A DNA stretch of 64,000 nt from Eledone cirrhosa (GCA_964016885.1 OZ024750.1:55056001-55120000), one strand, 5' to 3'; positions 22,964 to 38,505 are shown, counted from the first letter of the stretch. Translations and numbers: made by a program. The notes: a model not told the origin generated them from the letters alone.

Positions 22964-23784
22964 ATATTCATAAATAGACACACATTATACAAATAATTAT
23001 TACATACACACACATCTCTGTAATAATTCAGGAAGGAAGGGGCTGGTGAAACGCTATAGCAATGTGTGTGTGTTGTGTACCTTTCAGGTTTACCGGTTTC
23101 GTAGCCTATTTGAAGATTTTATTATAATTATGAACCTTATAATTCAATTAATTATGAATAATTTTGAGCTATTTATCACAATTGTTAGTTAATTACTAAC
23201 ATAGTAACTTACCATATGGTTGTTATATAGAATTTTGTTGGAAGACTTTAATTTAGATAGGAACCATTTCCATAGTACGAGAACTAATTTTGGCTGGGTT
23301 TCTACCAAAAGGGTTAATGAAGAATTTTGAACAATTTACTAAAATTATTAATTATTTCATTACTAAGATAATGTGTGAATACACAATTATATGTGTGTAT
23401 ATATATATAAACAGTATATATATATATAGTATATATATATATAAACAGTATATATATATATAGTATATATATATATAAACAGTATATATATAGTATACAA
23501 AAGATGTAGTGGGATAGTGTGTAGTCTTAAGACAAGTCTGTCCAGATAGCTGCGCTGTAACTTACACTTATTGGGACTGTGTGTTGGCAAGCAGGCCTGT
23601 ATTTTGGGATCTAGCTGGTCCATTATGAGGGAGGTCTGGTTAGTTGGCAGCACCATGCCTTACTTGTGGTATATGTATGTATAGAAATAAGTTATTGTAT
23701 ATGCATAACTGTCCATCTATATGTATACATGTATGTTTACTTATATCTTTGCATACATATATACATTTTCAGATGTATACACGT

Positions 23785-25705
23785 AATGGTCACCCGGATA
23801 GTAAACCAAGTCATACAGAATGGGGTTGTTCTGAAGGACTGGCGTAGCAGCATCATCATTAACTGTTACAAGGGTAAAGGAGATGCCCTAGATAGGAGTA
23901 ACTATAGAGGCATTAAATTAATCGACCAGGTCATGAAGGTCACGGAAAAAGTAATAGCGCAACTAATCAGAGAGAGAATTGATCTAGATGAAATGCAGTT
24001 CGGGTTTGTGTCAGGTAAAAGTACCACAGACGCTCTTTTCATTGTACGACAACTACAGGAGAAGTACCTAGTTAAAAGTAAACCCCTATACTTAGCTTTT
24101 GTTGACTTGGAGAAAGCCTTCGACAGAGTCCCCCGTTCCATTATCTGGTGGGCTCTTAGAAAACTAGGTGTTGAGGAATGGCTTGTGAGAGCTATACGAG
24201 CCATGTATAAAGAAACAGTCAGCAAGGTTAGAATTAACAACGAATATAGTGAAGAGTTTAGCGTAAAAGTTGGTGTTCATCAGGGCTCCGTCCTTAGCCC
24301 CCTACTATTTATTATTGCCCTTCAGGCTATAACAGTGGAGTTCAAGACCGGCTGCCCATGGGAACTCCTATACGCAGATGATCTAACGCTCATAGCTGAA
24401 TCAATGGCCGAGCTAGAGAAGAAATTCCAAACATGGAAGCAAGGCCTAGAATCAGAAGGCCTTAAAATTAACCTGGCTAAGACTAAAGTTCTAGTTTGTA
24501 GGAAAGAAAATAAGGCGCCGGTCCCTTCCGGGAAATGGCCATGCTCAGTGTGTAGGAAAGGCGTAGGTAGAAACTCCATTTTATGTCCCAAATGCAAAGT
24601 ATGGGTTCATAAAAGATGTAGTGGGATCACAGGTAAGCTAACTAAGAACATAGATTTTACATGTGGCCGGTGCTCTGGTGCAATAAGTAGCAGCAAGTGC
24701 CCACAAAATACTAGCTCTTTCAATTGCGCAGAGGGTTCTATAGAAATAGTGGACAGCTTCCGTTACCTGGGTGACAAAATCAGCAGTGGGGGAGGGTGCT
24801 CTGAAAGTACAGTAGCTAGAGTCAGAACTGGATGGAAAAAGTTCAGAGAGCTTATACCACTATTAGCCGCTAAAGGGTTCTCCCTAAAAATGAAAGGCAG
24901 GTTGTATGATGCCTGCATATGAACAGCAATGTTGCATGGCAGTGAGACCTGGGCATTGTGTGCAGAGGATATACGCAGACTAGAGAGGAACGAAGCTTGC
25001 ATGCTTCGCTGGATGTGTAATAGTAATATATGTGAACGGCAAAGCATAAACGAACTAAGGGAAAAATTAGAAATAAGAGGGATCAGATGTTGTGTACTCG
25101 AGAGAAGACTACGTTGGTATGGTCCACGTGATGCGGATGAAAGACGACAGCTGTATAAAAAAAATGCAGGGCAATAAAGATAGACGGTAGCCACGGAGTA
25201 GGCAGACCCAGAAAAACCTGGGACGACTTGATAAATTCCGACCTCACACACTTACACCTCTCCAAGACAATGTCACTGGACCGAGATCTTTGGCGGTACT
25301 CAGTAATAGAGAAGACCCGCCTTACCTAGATACAAAGTAAAACCTACTACAGTCAGTAGGCACCTCTAACAAAATACACCCCCACCCCATCCACACCGCC
25401 CCTTTCAATGTAAAGTTATGTTGGTGCCACAACATCCAGGCCGAAACAAATGAGGTCGTGTAGGTGTCACGACAAAAAAAAAAAACACAGTCCACGCAGT
25501 AATGTGGCCGTGTAGGTAACACGGTAAAAACCTCTCAGTCCCACACTGTAAATGCGGTTGGTGTTAGGAAGGGCATCCAGCTGTAGAAAACCCGCCAGAC
25601 AGTCCTATGCGAGCAAGACAACCACTCTTGCCTCAAGTGGGAAAATTCCCGTCCAAACCCATGCAAGCGTGGAATATGGACGTTAAACGATGACGATGAT
25701 GATGA

Positions 25706-25709
<4 letters not shown>
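23785..25709 (+). mobile_element. 5'-truncated RTE LINE, duplicate of 3722-5646
   Basis: Same RT translation and the same premature stop (24920). Confidence 0.93.
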
Positions 25710-25743
<34 letters not shown>

Positions 25744-25796
25744 CTTTGACATTTCTTAGAAAAAAAATGAAAAAGTTTTGTGAGAACCCCAATGTT

Positions 25797-26482
25797 TATT
25801 TATTTTATTTTATTTTTAAATAAAATTAATAACATTAATTTTATTTTGAAATTAGGTTTATAAATATTAATTATCAGCAGACCTTTGTAGCAGTCTTGGC
25901 GGCTTAGTGGGAAGTACCAGAGATGGTGAGGTCCTTGTCTGTAGGTTCAATCCTGGTCTGGGAGTTCAATCATTGCTGTAATGTGTCCTGTTAATCTTTT
26001 TTTAAATTTTCCTCAGAAAAAACTGAAAATCTTTGGTGAGAACCCCAATGTCTATTTATCTAATATAATTTAATTTATTTTATTTTATTTTACTTTAGTT
26101 AAATTGTCAAAACCACTGGTGATCTAAAGTTAGAGGAGACAGATAAAATAGACATATTGTCTCCTCAACCTTTAGATCTTCAGTGTTTTCGACAATTTAA
26201 CTAAAATAAAAAATTAAATTCAATATAATTAAATAAATAGGGGTTCTCTTTTTCAAAGAGATATAGAAAGAAAATTATAAAAGATTAACATGACACCTTA
26301 CATGTATCTCATGGACCAGGATTGAACCTGAGTCCCCAATTCAACCCTCAGACCAGGATTGAACACCCAGAACAGGATCTCACCATCTCTGGTACTTCCC
26401 ACTAAGCTACCGAGACTGATACAAAGATGTACTGAAATTTAATATTTATAAACCTACTTTCAAAATAAAATTAAAAATAAAA
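25797..26482. repeat. Uninterrupted ~690 bp foldback element, loop ~26142-26157
   Basis: Imperfect inverted arms, each containing a tRNA-promoter-like motif. Confidence 0.85.
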
Positions 26483-26865
26483 TATATATATATATATATT
26501 CCTTTGACATTTCTTAGAAAAAAGAACTGAAAAAGTTTTGTGAGAACGCCAATGTCTATTTATTTTATTTTATTTTTAATTAAATTAGTTATATTTTGAA
26601 AGTAGGTTTATAAATATTAATTTTCAATAGACCTTTGTAGCAGTCTTGGTGGCTTAGTGGGAAGTACCAGAGATGGTGAGATCCTTGTCTGTAAGTTCAA
26701 TTCTTGCTTGGAGACATGTCTAATGTGTCCTATTAATCTTTTTTAAATTTTCCTTTTACATCTCTTAGAAATAACTGAAAATCTTTGGTGAGAACCCCAA
26801 TGTCTATTTATCTAATATAATTAATTTAATTTAATTTAATTTAATTTTTATTTTAGTGAAACCAC

Positions 26866-27208
26866 TGTTGTATTCAAGAGACCAGGTGGAGGGGTGGGTC
26901 TGCTAGATTCATCGTGGGTAAAGAACGGTGCTATGAACTTTTCTGGGTGGGAAATGACAATGGGCTGGGTATACACATACCACCCCACCACCCCACCGTA
27001 AAGTGGTCGTGGAGGCGCCACGGCAAAAAAGCACCCAGCCCGCTCTGTAAAGCTGATGTGGAGGTGCCACGGAAAAAAAAAAAGCACCCAGCACTCACTG
27101 CAAACTGGGTTGGCGTCAGGAAGGGCACCCAGCTGTAGAAACCAATCCAGAATCAGCTCCCACCCCACCCTTGCAAGCATGGAAAAGCGGACGTATGATG
27201 AAGTTGAT
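26866..27208 (+). mobile_element. Bipartite RTE, truncated (duplicate of 8083-8425)
   Basis: Near-identical to 8083-8425. Confidence 0.8.
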
Positions 27209-27306
27209 ATATATATATATATATTAGTATATATATACACATACATATGTACACATATACACATACATATATATATATATATACACACACATATATATCA
27301 GTGTAC

Positions 27307-27343
<37 letters not shown>

Positions 27344-28870
27344 AATGAATATTTATTCAATTTAAAGCGCCAATTATCTATATATAACAAGATATGAATT
27401 TTTCTAGGGATGGGGAAATTTTCAGTTTGTTTTTATATTTTCACTTCATTTTTTACTTTCTATTTAATACAGTCTTTGATCCAATATAATCCTGACAGTA
27501 TTTGAACCAGTTTACCTCATATATATGTATGCACACACAACACTCAAGTTTCGCCATCTACTGCTATTTCATTCATATTTATTGTTTAATTAACTCTGGT
27601 CTAATTCATCAACTATTGTTAATTATATTATTACGTAGATTTCTTATAAAATCTAGTGCATATATACGTGTATATATACAGGGAGACACTGTGTAATAGA
27701 TGTAAAGAGAGTGGGAGATAGAGTTATAGAAGTAAAGAGAGGGAGAGAAATAAGCGGTAGATAGAGCAATAGATGTAAAGAGAGGGTTAGAACGTTCAAC
27801 TTGACAGTCAGTACATATGCCAACTACCCAACCGGCCAGCCAGCCGTATTTGCGGTTGACTGGCCAGTTGGGCGGTTGGTATGTGGAACGTTCAACTATG
27901 CAGTCAGTACCAAAGTTCAACATTGTAGCCAGTGCATATGCCGATCGCCGCGACCTCTTTGCTCTATTTAAATGACCTGGAACTAAGTAAAAAGAGTAGG
28001 AGATAACTCGACAAGAGCGGAGAGGGTGAGATTCGAACCATGTAAAGTCGTTGGCTCCTGAACTTCGTAAGCGGGGCTGCTACTGACTGAGCAACGCCGG
28101 CAGCAAGGCAAATCGCGCATAAAATAACGCTTATATCGAGAAAATAAAACAAAAATTTCAATGTTGCACTCTTGTTTGTTGTTCTTTTATTTTACGTAAA
28201 CATTTCGCTGCTCTAGCCTCTTATTTCCTATTAGATTACACTTAATTCCATTAAACATTCATTCTTAGTCTCGTGGTAAACTATTTCATCTATATTTATA
28301 TCGCTGTTACAGCCTTTTATTTCTACATCTATCACCTATAGCCACTGTTACGCCGGTAGTATAAGTAGCTTTATAACAAGAAACGATGATATAACTCCAC
28401 AAAATGTCTTCTTGAGCAAGACACTTCACCTCATATTGCTCCAGTACACCGAGTTACACATAGACAGATACATACATACACATATATATGTACACAGATA
28501 GAAATAAGAGGGAGATAGAGTAAAAGATGTAAAGATAGTGTAAAAGATTTAAAGAGAGGGTGAGAGTGTGACACACATTTATCTGTCTATCTCTCTCTAT
28601 TTTAACACCGGTCGTTATAATTAGTTTTATAACACCGCTATATTACCGACATGAAAGAGGTAAATAATTATTTCTTAAATGTTTAGAACATGTTTCTCTT
28701 GTCTTCTTAAATGTATAGAACATGTTTCTTATTTATATTCTTAACATAGCTAGGACCTTATCTCATTTACTGGTCTCTACTTTTAGGGCTTTGCTGGTCC
28801 CATGTGCCCTCCATGAAGACACACTCGCCCCTTCTCTCTCAGTCTCCGTACTAATTACTACACATACGTA

Positions 28871-31095
28871 TATATATTTATTTTAAGAAACCTTAATGAC
28901 AAATAATATAAAGTGTTTGTAAAGTGGGGAAGAGTAGTTTTACGGTGGGGTTGTTATATAGATATCGTTTTTGCAGTGGGGTCGTGACTGGCGTATAATA
29001 ATGAGTCACTGTTGATGTATATACAAATCATATTTTGGATATAAGTGAAGTTATTTAAGAGATTTAGTTGTTTTGTATACATTCCAGTTGTTGTCTCCCT
29101 GTTTCTTCTTCAACAACTATAACGGTACGCGATGGGGCCCACCCACAGCCCCGGCGGACAGAATGGAGAAGGCGTTTCCCCGGAGCACGGCAAGGGAGAC
29201 GCGCTGGAAAAGCCACTCCAACTCGCGGGGCTCACACCTGCGACTGGCCAGCTCAGCGCCTATGGTGGTGAGTAAGGAGGTAGCCCTGGGGTCGAGGACA
29301 CCAGAAGTCTCCACTTCCAGGGGTACGACCGCAAACCTGTCGGAGAGTGAACGATATGTGAGGAGTTTGGCCCTCTCAGCCTGACGTGCAGCAGAACCTG
29401 GGCCAGTCGCAGACTGCACCAGGTTGCGGCTGCAGAAAGTGTCGGTGCAAGTGGCATCCCAGACGAGGGGTTTGACACCGCGGAACGGGAAGATGGTCAT
29501 GCCATCTGGCCTTTTGCCGTCCCCTGGAGCTGGGAAGGGAAGCCTGCAGCGTCCAAGCCATGCTTAATGATTTCGTTGAGGGCAGCATGGCATGGATTGC
29601 GGATGGCACTGTGGCGACAGGAAAGCGGGTGGAGGCCGAAAGAGTCCATGGTGGAACGGCAGCGACATTGGTGTGAGGCCGAGCCTCAGGGAAACGCCGA
29701 TGCGCAAGCTATGGTTGTCTAGCTGCGTGCGAGTGGAGAAGGAGGGCAGGGCATGGAGCCAGGCCCCACTGTGGGGTTTGGAGGCCGCACGAAAACAAAC
29801 AAGGCGGTGCTGGTCGAGCTGGCACGTGAGCCTGTCTGAGGCCAGGCTGCACTGGATGGCATCCCAAGTGTGTTGGGGGGACTTGACGTCAACAGGGGGA
29901 GAAGGAGGAGGAACGTCTACTGGGCTAAGTCCCAGCCGGTGCCACGTCTCACAGGCGGCCACGCGTTCTCTGAACACAGAGGGTTCTGTTGTGTTTTGAA
30001 GAACCCTGCTGAGGTGGACGTGGTACGAGGTTACCGACGAAAGATACGCCGGCAAAGCTAGTGAGATCGGGGACTGGAGGCGAAGGTCGCCATACCTGAT
30101 AGGTAAAGTTGCATATCTCATCGGCTGCTGCTCGGATACAAGTCTGGGTGTAGCACAGAGTGTATAGAGGAGCTTCGGCATGGCGTAGCAGTTCCTCAGC
30201 AGAAAGAGAACTGGGTGGCCATCAATCAAGCCCAGTCGGCTCGTGAGAGTTTGAACTTGATGGTGGAGCGGATGGCCGGCGGGTGGATCGGTGAGGGCAT
30301 CCTCTTTGGGGTTCACCTGAACCTGGCGGAGAATGGACCGCACGTCCAAGACGGAGACTGCAAAGCTTGCAGCATCGAGGCTGACATTCACCACCTCCGA
30401 CTTGGCTGAGTTGACCTGGAGGTCGATTCCCGCCAGGGCAGGAACCACCGATTGAAGGTCATGGCAGACCGCCTGTACGGGCCCACCCAAAGTAGCATCA
30501 TCCAGATACCAAACGTTGAAAGGGGCCGTTATACTCCGGGCGATGTGGTCAATACCAAGGGTGAACAGGAGGGGTCCCAAAGGGTTGCCCTGTTGGATCC
30601 CAGTAGCCAAGGGTATGACCGTATCAGCAGCATGTCGCATGCTCGGGGCTCCATATGACAGCTAGGCAGAGGGGGCTCGGCTGAGGCAGGCCTCGAGCAG
30701 ATGATCCCAGCGTAAAGAGTTGAAGGCATTCCTCATGTCAAACTTGACAATGAGGTGGCTGGAGTCCCTGGATGCCGGTTCCGAGTGTTACGGACTTGCA
30801 GGTTACCTTGGCAGCCAGCCTCCGGAAGACATTGCCCACAGCAATGGGGCGTATGCCACCCTCTTTCTTCCTGAGAGCGGTGAAGCTGGCTGAAAAAAAG
30901 AGGCCTCGAGCATAAGAGTCCAGGGCGCCATGGATGAGCCTATTGGTGAGCGCCACAATTGCACTCAGAAGGCGGCGCCCGGCCTCAGCGGAGAGGGGAG
31001 ATGTCAACTCCTTGAGGAGGCCTGGTCAGAGACCATCAACATCACCGCAGCTGCTAGCTGGGAAGGACCTGATGGCGGACATGATGTCTGCATCA
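28871..31095 (-). mobile_element. CRE-like remnant, copy D (type 1)
   Basis: 358-aa and 127-aa ORFs as in copy B, offset 15750. Confidence 0.88.
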
Positions 31096-31749
31096 GAAGC
31101 CACAAGGAGCAAGTGTGGATTACAATACAAAACCTCTGAGAATGATTTCTAAGATATTTCACCATAATTAATTTTCATCAATATATATTAATATTATTAT
31201 TGTTTATTAGGTCAGGTGGATTGGCCAGAACAATTCTACTCTTCTTTTTTAGATGTCACGATTTTTCATGGCATTCCTGAGATCATTAATCTCCAGCTGG
31301 AGATCCAGAGACATCTGATGTATGTAGGTGAACCTCAGTCATCCCACTTGGGTCTTACTATGTTTAGGTATCCACCACAGGAGCCAGCTCATCAGGTCAT
31401 CCTACCCTCAGCAGCAATGTCCAGCATCTATTGATTTCCGCTCCCTAGTTATTGTGGTAATCTTCGATATCTGGGAATATATTTCTTCTGCTTAAGGGAG
31501 TAATAAATATATAGTTTTAAAAAAAACATATATATACACACACATATATATATGTTGTCATTTATAAGAGTTCTCTATCAAAAGCCTTCTCTATGTCCAA
31601 AGCTAAGTATAGTGGCTTATTTTTCTCTAAGAACCTCTTTTGTAGTTGTCTCACTAAGAAGAGGGCATCTGTTGCACTTTTCAGCGGCACAAAACCAAAC
31701 TGCATCTCATACATATACATACATACATACATATACACATACATACATA

Positions 31750-32101
31750 CATCATCATCATCATCATCATCATTTCGTTTTAAGTCCGCTTTTTCCCTGC
31801 TTGCAAGGGTGGGACGGGAACTGATTCTGGCTTGATTTCTACAGCTGGATGCCCTTCCTAACACCAACCTCATTTACAGTGAGTGCTGAGTGCTTTTTTG
31901 CCGTGGCACCTCCACGACCACTTTGCAGTGGAATGATATGGACCCCAGTCCCTATCATCTCATTTCTACAGCTGAGTAAACTGGAGCAATGTGAAATAAA
32001 GTGTCTTGCTCAAGGAAACAACACATCACCCGGTCTGAGAATTGAACTCACAACCTTTCGATTGCCAGGCCAATGCTCGAACCACTAAGCCATGTGCCTC
32101 C
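31750..32101 (-). mobile_element. tRNA-derived SINE
   Basis: Copy of 16000-16351. Confidence 0.88.
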
Positions 32102-32523
32102 ATATACATATACATATACATACACATACATATATATATACATACATACATATATACACATACATACATACACATACATACACATATACATACATATACA
32201 TACATAGATATATATATATACATAATATAAATATACATACATACACATACATAAGCATATACACATAAGTATATATACATATACACACGTATATATACAT
32301 ATACATACATACATATATACACATACATACATATATACATACATACACACATATATACATATACACATACATACATATACATACATACATATATATACAT
32401 ACACACACATATATACATACACACACATATATACAAACACATACATATACACATATATACACATACATATACATACATATACACATATACACTCATATAT
32501 ACATATACATACATACACACACA

Positions 32524-32562
<39 letters not shown>

Positions 32563-32604
32563 TAGTATATATATACACATATATATATACACACATATAT
32601 ATCA

Positions 32605-32642
<38 letters not shown>

Positions 32643-34202
32643 GAATATTTATTCAATTTAAAGCGCCAATTATCTATATATAACAAGATATGAATTTTTC
32701 TAGGGATGGGGAAATTTTCAGTTTGTTTTTATATTTTCACTTCATTTTTTACTTTCTATTTAATACAGTCTTTGATCCAATATAATCCTGACAGTATTTG
32801 AACCAGTTTACCTCATATATATGTATGCACACACAACACTCAAGTTTCGCCATCTACTGCTATTTCATTCATATTTATTGTTTAATTAACTCTGGTCTAA
32901 TTCATCAACTATTGTTAATTATATTATTACGTAGATTTCTTATAAAATCTAGTGCATATATACGTGTATATATACAGGGAGACACTGTAATAGATGTAAA
33001 GAGAGTGGGAGATAGAGTTATAGAAGTAAAGAGAGGGGGAGAACTAAGCGGTAGATAGAGTAATAGATGTAAAGAGAGGGTTAGAACGTTCAACTTGACA
33101 GTCAGTACAATGTTCAGCATGGTAGCCAGTACATATGCCAACTACCCAACCGGCCAGCCAGCCGCATATGCGGTTGACTGGCCAGTTGGGCGGTTGGTAT
33201 GTGGAACGTTCAACTACGCAGTCAGTACCAAAGTTCAACATTGTAGCCAGTGCATATGCCGATCGCCGCGCCCTCTTTGCTCTATTTTAATGACCTGGAA
33301 CTAAGTAAAAAGAGTAGGAGATAACTCGACAAGAGCGGAGAGGGTGAGATTCGAACCATGTAAAGTCGTTGGCTCCTGAACTTCGTAAGCGGGGCTGCTA
33401 CTGACTGAGCAGCGCCGGCAGCAAGGCAAATCGCGCATAAAATAACGCTTATATCGACAAAAAAAAAAAAAAAATTTCAATGTTGCACTCTTGTTTGTTG
33501 TTCTTTTATTTTACGTAAACATTTCGCTGCTCTAGCCTCTTATTTCCTATTAGATTACACTTAATTCCATTAAACATTCATTCTTAGTCTCGTGGTAAAC
33601 TATTTCATCTATATTTATATCGCTGTTACAGCCTTTTATTTCTACATCTATCACCTATAGCCACTGTTACGCCGGTAGTATAAGTAGCTTTATAACAAGA
33701 AACGATGATATAACTCCACAAAATGTCTTCTTCAGCAAGACACTTCACTTCATATTGCTCCAGTACACCGAGTTACACATAGACAGATACATACATACAT
33801 ACACAGATAGAAATGAGAGGTAGATAGAGTAAAAGATTTAAAGAGAGTGTGAGAAGTACGAGTTAGATAGTGTAAAAGATTTAAAGAGAGGGTGAGAGTG
33901 TGACACACATTTATCTGTCTATCTCTCTCTATTTTAACACCGGTCGTTATAATTAGTTTTATAACACCGCTATATTACCGACATGAAAGAGGTAAATAAT
34001 TATTTCTTAAATGTTTAGAACATGTTTCTCTTGTCTTCTTAAATGTATAGAACATGTTTCTTATTTATATTCTTAACATAGCTAGGACCTTATCTCATTT
34101 ACTGGTCTCTACTTTTAGGGCTTTGCTGGTCCCATGTGCCCTCCATGAAGACACACTCGCCCCTTCTCTCTCAGTCTCCGTACTAATTACTACACATACG
34201 TA

Positions 34203-36369
34203 TATATATTTATTTTAAGAAACCTTAATGACAAATAATATAAAGTGTTTGTAAAGTGGGGAAGAGTAGTTTTACGGTGGGGTTGTTATATAGATATCGT
34301 TTTTGCAGTGGGGTCGTGACTGGCGTATAATAATGAGTCACTGTTGATGTATATACAAATCATATTTTGGATATAAGTGAAGTTATTTAAGAGATTTAGT
34401 TGTTTTGTATACATTCATAACGGTACGCGATGGGACCCACCCACAGCCCCGGCGGACAGAATAGAGAAGGCGTTTCCCCGGAGCACGGCAAGGGAGACGC
34501 GCTGGAAAAGCCACTCCAACTCGCGGGGCTCACACCTGCGGCTGGCCAGCTCAGCGCCTATGGTGGTGAGTAAGGAGGTAGCCCTGGGGCCGAGGACACC
34601 AGAAGTCTCCACTTCCAGGGGTACGACCGCAAACCTGTCGGAGAGTGAACGATATGTGAGGAGTTTGGCCCCCTCAGCCTGACGTGCAGCAGAACCTGGG
34701 CCAGTCGCAGACTGCACCAGGTTGCGGCTGCAGAAAGTGTCGGTGCAAGTGGCATCCCAGACGAGGGGTTTGCCACCGCGGAACGGGAAGATGGTCATGC
34801 CATCTAGCCTTTTGCCGTCCCCTCGAGCTGGGAAGGGAAGCCTGCAGCGTCCAAGCCATGCTTAATGACTTCGTTGAGGGCAGCATGGCGTGGATTGCGG
34901 GTGGAGGCCGAAAGAGTCCATGGTGGAACGGCAGCGACATTGGTGTGAGGCCGAGCCTCAGGGAAACGCCGATGCGCAAGCTATTGTTGTCTAGCTGCGT
35001 GCGAGTGGAGAAGGAGGGCAGGGCATGGAGCCAGGCCCCACTGTGGGGTTTGGAGGCTGCACGAAAACAAACAAGGCGGTGCTGGTCGAGCTGGCACGTG
35101 AGCCTGTCTGAGGCCAGGCTGCACTGGATGGCATCCCAAGTGTGTTGGGGGGGACTTGACGTCAACAGGGGGAGAAGGAGGAGGAACGTCTACTGGGCTA
35201 AGTCCCAGCCGGTCCCACGTCTCACAGGCGGCCACGCGTTCTCTGAACACAGAGGGTTCTGTTGTGTTTTGAAGAACCCTGCTGAAGAGGACGTGGTACG
35301 AGGTTACCGACGAAAGATATGCCGGCAAAGCTAGTGAGATCGGGGACTGGAGGCGAAGGCCGCCATACCTGACAGGTAAAGTTGCATATCTCATCGGCTG
35401 CTGCTCGGTTACAAGTTTAGGTGTAGCACAGAGTGTATAGAGGAGCTTCGGCATGGCGTAGCAGTTCCTCAGCAGAAAGAGAACTGGGTGGCCATCAATC
35501 AAGCCCAGTCGGCTCGTGAGAGTCTGGACTTGATGGAGGAGCGGATGGCCGGCGGGTGGATCGGTGAGGGCATCCTCTTTGGGGGGTCACCTGAACCTGG
35601 CGGAGAATGGACCGCACGTCCAAGACGGAGACTGCAAAGCTTGCAGCATCGAGGCTGACATTCACCACCTCCGACTTGGCTGAGTTGACATGGAGGTCGA
35701 TTCCCGCCAGGGCAGGAACCACCGATTGAAGGTCATGGCAGAACGCCTGTACGGGCCCACCCAAAGTAGCATCATCCAGATACCAAACGTTGAGAGGGGC
35801 CGTTATACTCCAGGCGATGTGGTCAATACCAAGGGTGAACAGGAGGGGTCCCAAAGGGTTGCCCTGTTGGATCCCAGTAGCCAAGGGTATGACCGTATCA
35901 GCAGCATGGCGCATGCTTGGGGCTCCATATGACAGGTAGGCAGAGGGGGCTCGGCTGAGGCAGGCCTCGAGCAGATGATCCCAGCGTAAAGAGTTGAAGG
36001 CATTCCTCATGTCAAACTTGACAATGAGGTGGCTGGAGGCCCTGGATGCCGGTTCCGAGTGTTACGGACTTGCAGATTACCTTGGCAGCCAGCCTCCGGA
36101 AGACATTGCCCACAGCAATGGGGCGTATGCCATCCTCTTTCTTCCTGAGAGCGGTGAGGCTGGCCGAAAAAAAGAGGCCTCGAGCATAAGAGTCCAGGGC
36201 GCCATGGATGAGCCTATTGGTGAGCGCCACAATTGCACTCAGAAGGCGGCGCCCGGCCTCAGCGGAGAGGGGAGATATCAACTCCTTGAGGAGGCCTGGT
36301 CAGAGACCATCAACATCTCCGCAGCTGCTAGCTGGGAAGGACCTGATGGCGGACATGATGTCTGCATCA
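34203..36369 (-). mobile_element. CRE-like remnant, copy E (type 2)
   Basis: Same ORF pattern as copy C. Confidence 0.88.
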
Positions 36370-37037
36370 GAAGCCACAAGGAGCAAGTGTGGATTACAAT
36401 ACAAAACCTCTGAGAATGATTTCTAAGATATTTCACCATAATTAATTTTCATCAATATATATTAATATTATTATTGTTTATTAGGTCAGGTGGATTGGCC
36501 AGAACAATTCTACTCTTCTTTTTTAGATGTCACGATTTTTCATGGCATTCCTGAGATCATTAATCTCCAGCTGGAGATCCAGAGACATCTGATGTATGTA
36601 GGTGAACCTCAGTCATCCCACTTGGCTCTTACTATGTTTAGGTATCCACCACAGGAGCCAGCTCATCAGGTCATCCTACCCTCAGCAGCAATGTCCAGCA
36701 TCTATTGATTTCCGCTCCCTAGTTATTGTGGTAATCTTCGATATCTGGGAATATATTTCTTCTGCTTAAGGGAGTAATAAATATATAGTTTTAAAAAAAA
36801 CATATATATACACACACATATATATATGTTGTCATTTATAAGAGTTCTCTATCAAAAGCCTTCTCTATGTCCAAAGCTAAGTATAGTGGCTTATTTTTCT
36901 CTAAGAACCTCTTTTGTAGTTGTCTCACTAAGAAGAGGGCATCTGTTGCACTTTTCAGCAGCACAAAACCAAACTGCATCTCATACACATACATACATAT
37001 ACATACATACATACATACATATACACATACATACATA

Positions 37038-37392
37038 CATCATCATCATCATCATCATCATCATTTCGTTTTAAGTCCGCTTTTTCCCTGCTTGCAAGGG
37101 TGGGACGGGAACTGATTCTGGCTTGATTTCTACAGCTGGATGCCCTTCCTAACACCAACCTCATTTACAGTGAGTGCTGAGTGCTTTTTTGCCGTGGCAC
37201 CTCCACGACCACTTTGCAGTGGAATGATATGGACCCCAGTCCCTATCATCTCATTTCTACAGCTGAGTAAACTGGAGCAATGTGAAATAAAGTGTCTTGC
37301 TCAAGGAAACAACACATCACCCGGTCTGAGAATTGAACTCACAACCTTTCGATTGCCAGGCTAATGCTCGAACCACTAAGCCATGTGCCTCC
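37038..37392 (-). mobile_element. tRNA-derived SINE
   Basis: Copy of 16000-16351. Confidence 0.88.
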
Positions 37393-37877
37393 ATATACAT
37401 ATACATATACATACACATACATATACATACATATATATATACATACATACATATATACACATACATACATACACATACATACACATATACATACATATAC
37501 ATACATAGATATATATATATACATAATATAAATATACATACATACACATACATAAGCATATTCACATAAGTATATATACATATACACACGTATATATACA
37601 TATACATACATACATATATACACATACATACATATATACATACATACACACATATATACATATACACATACATACATATACATACATATACACATACATA
37701 CATATATATATATACATACACACACATATATACATACACACACATATATACAAACACATACATATACACATATATACACATACATACACATACATATACA
37801 TACATATACACATATACACTCATATATACATATACATACATACACACACATACATACATATATACATATACATACAT

Positions 37878-38426
37878 AAAGACAAATCCACCTCATGGAC
37901 GAGAATGCAAGGGCTCCTCCTCTTTGTTTTGGCCGCGGATGGCTAACCCTAACCCCATCCCCGCTCCCCACTGCTCCCAACCTCCAAACGCAATCCAAAA
38001 CTTCAGAGTTGGTACCATTAATGTAGGCACCTTATAGGGTGGCTCTAACGAGGTTGTAGAAATGCTTGAACGTAAGGAGGTCGATGTTTGTTGTATTCAA
38101 GAGACCAGGTGGAGGGGTGGGTCTGCTAGATTCATCGTGGGTAAAGAACGATGCTATACGCTTTTCTGTGTGGCAAATGACAATGGGCTGGGTATACACA
38201 TACCACCCCACCGCCCCACCGCAAAGTGGTCGTGGAGGCGCCGCGGCCAAAAAGCACCCAGCCCACACTGTAAAGCTGACGTGGAGGTGCCACGGAAAAA
38301 AAAAAGCACCCAGCACTCACTGCAAACGGGGTTGGCGTCAGGAAGGGCACCCAGCTGTAGAAACCAATCCAGAATCAGCTCCCACCCCACCCTTGCAAGC
38401 ATGGAAAAGCGGACGTATGATGAAGT

Positions 38427-38430
<4 letters not shown>
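37878..38430 (+). mobile_element. Bipartite non-autonomous RTE
   Basis: Copy of 16843-17395. Confidence 0.85.
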
Positions 38431-38505
<75 letters not shown>

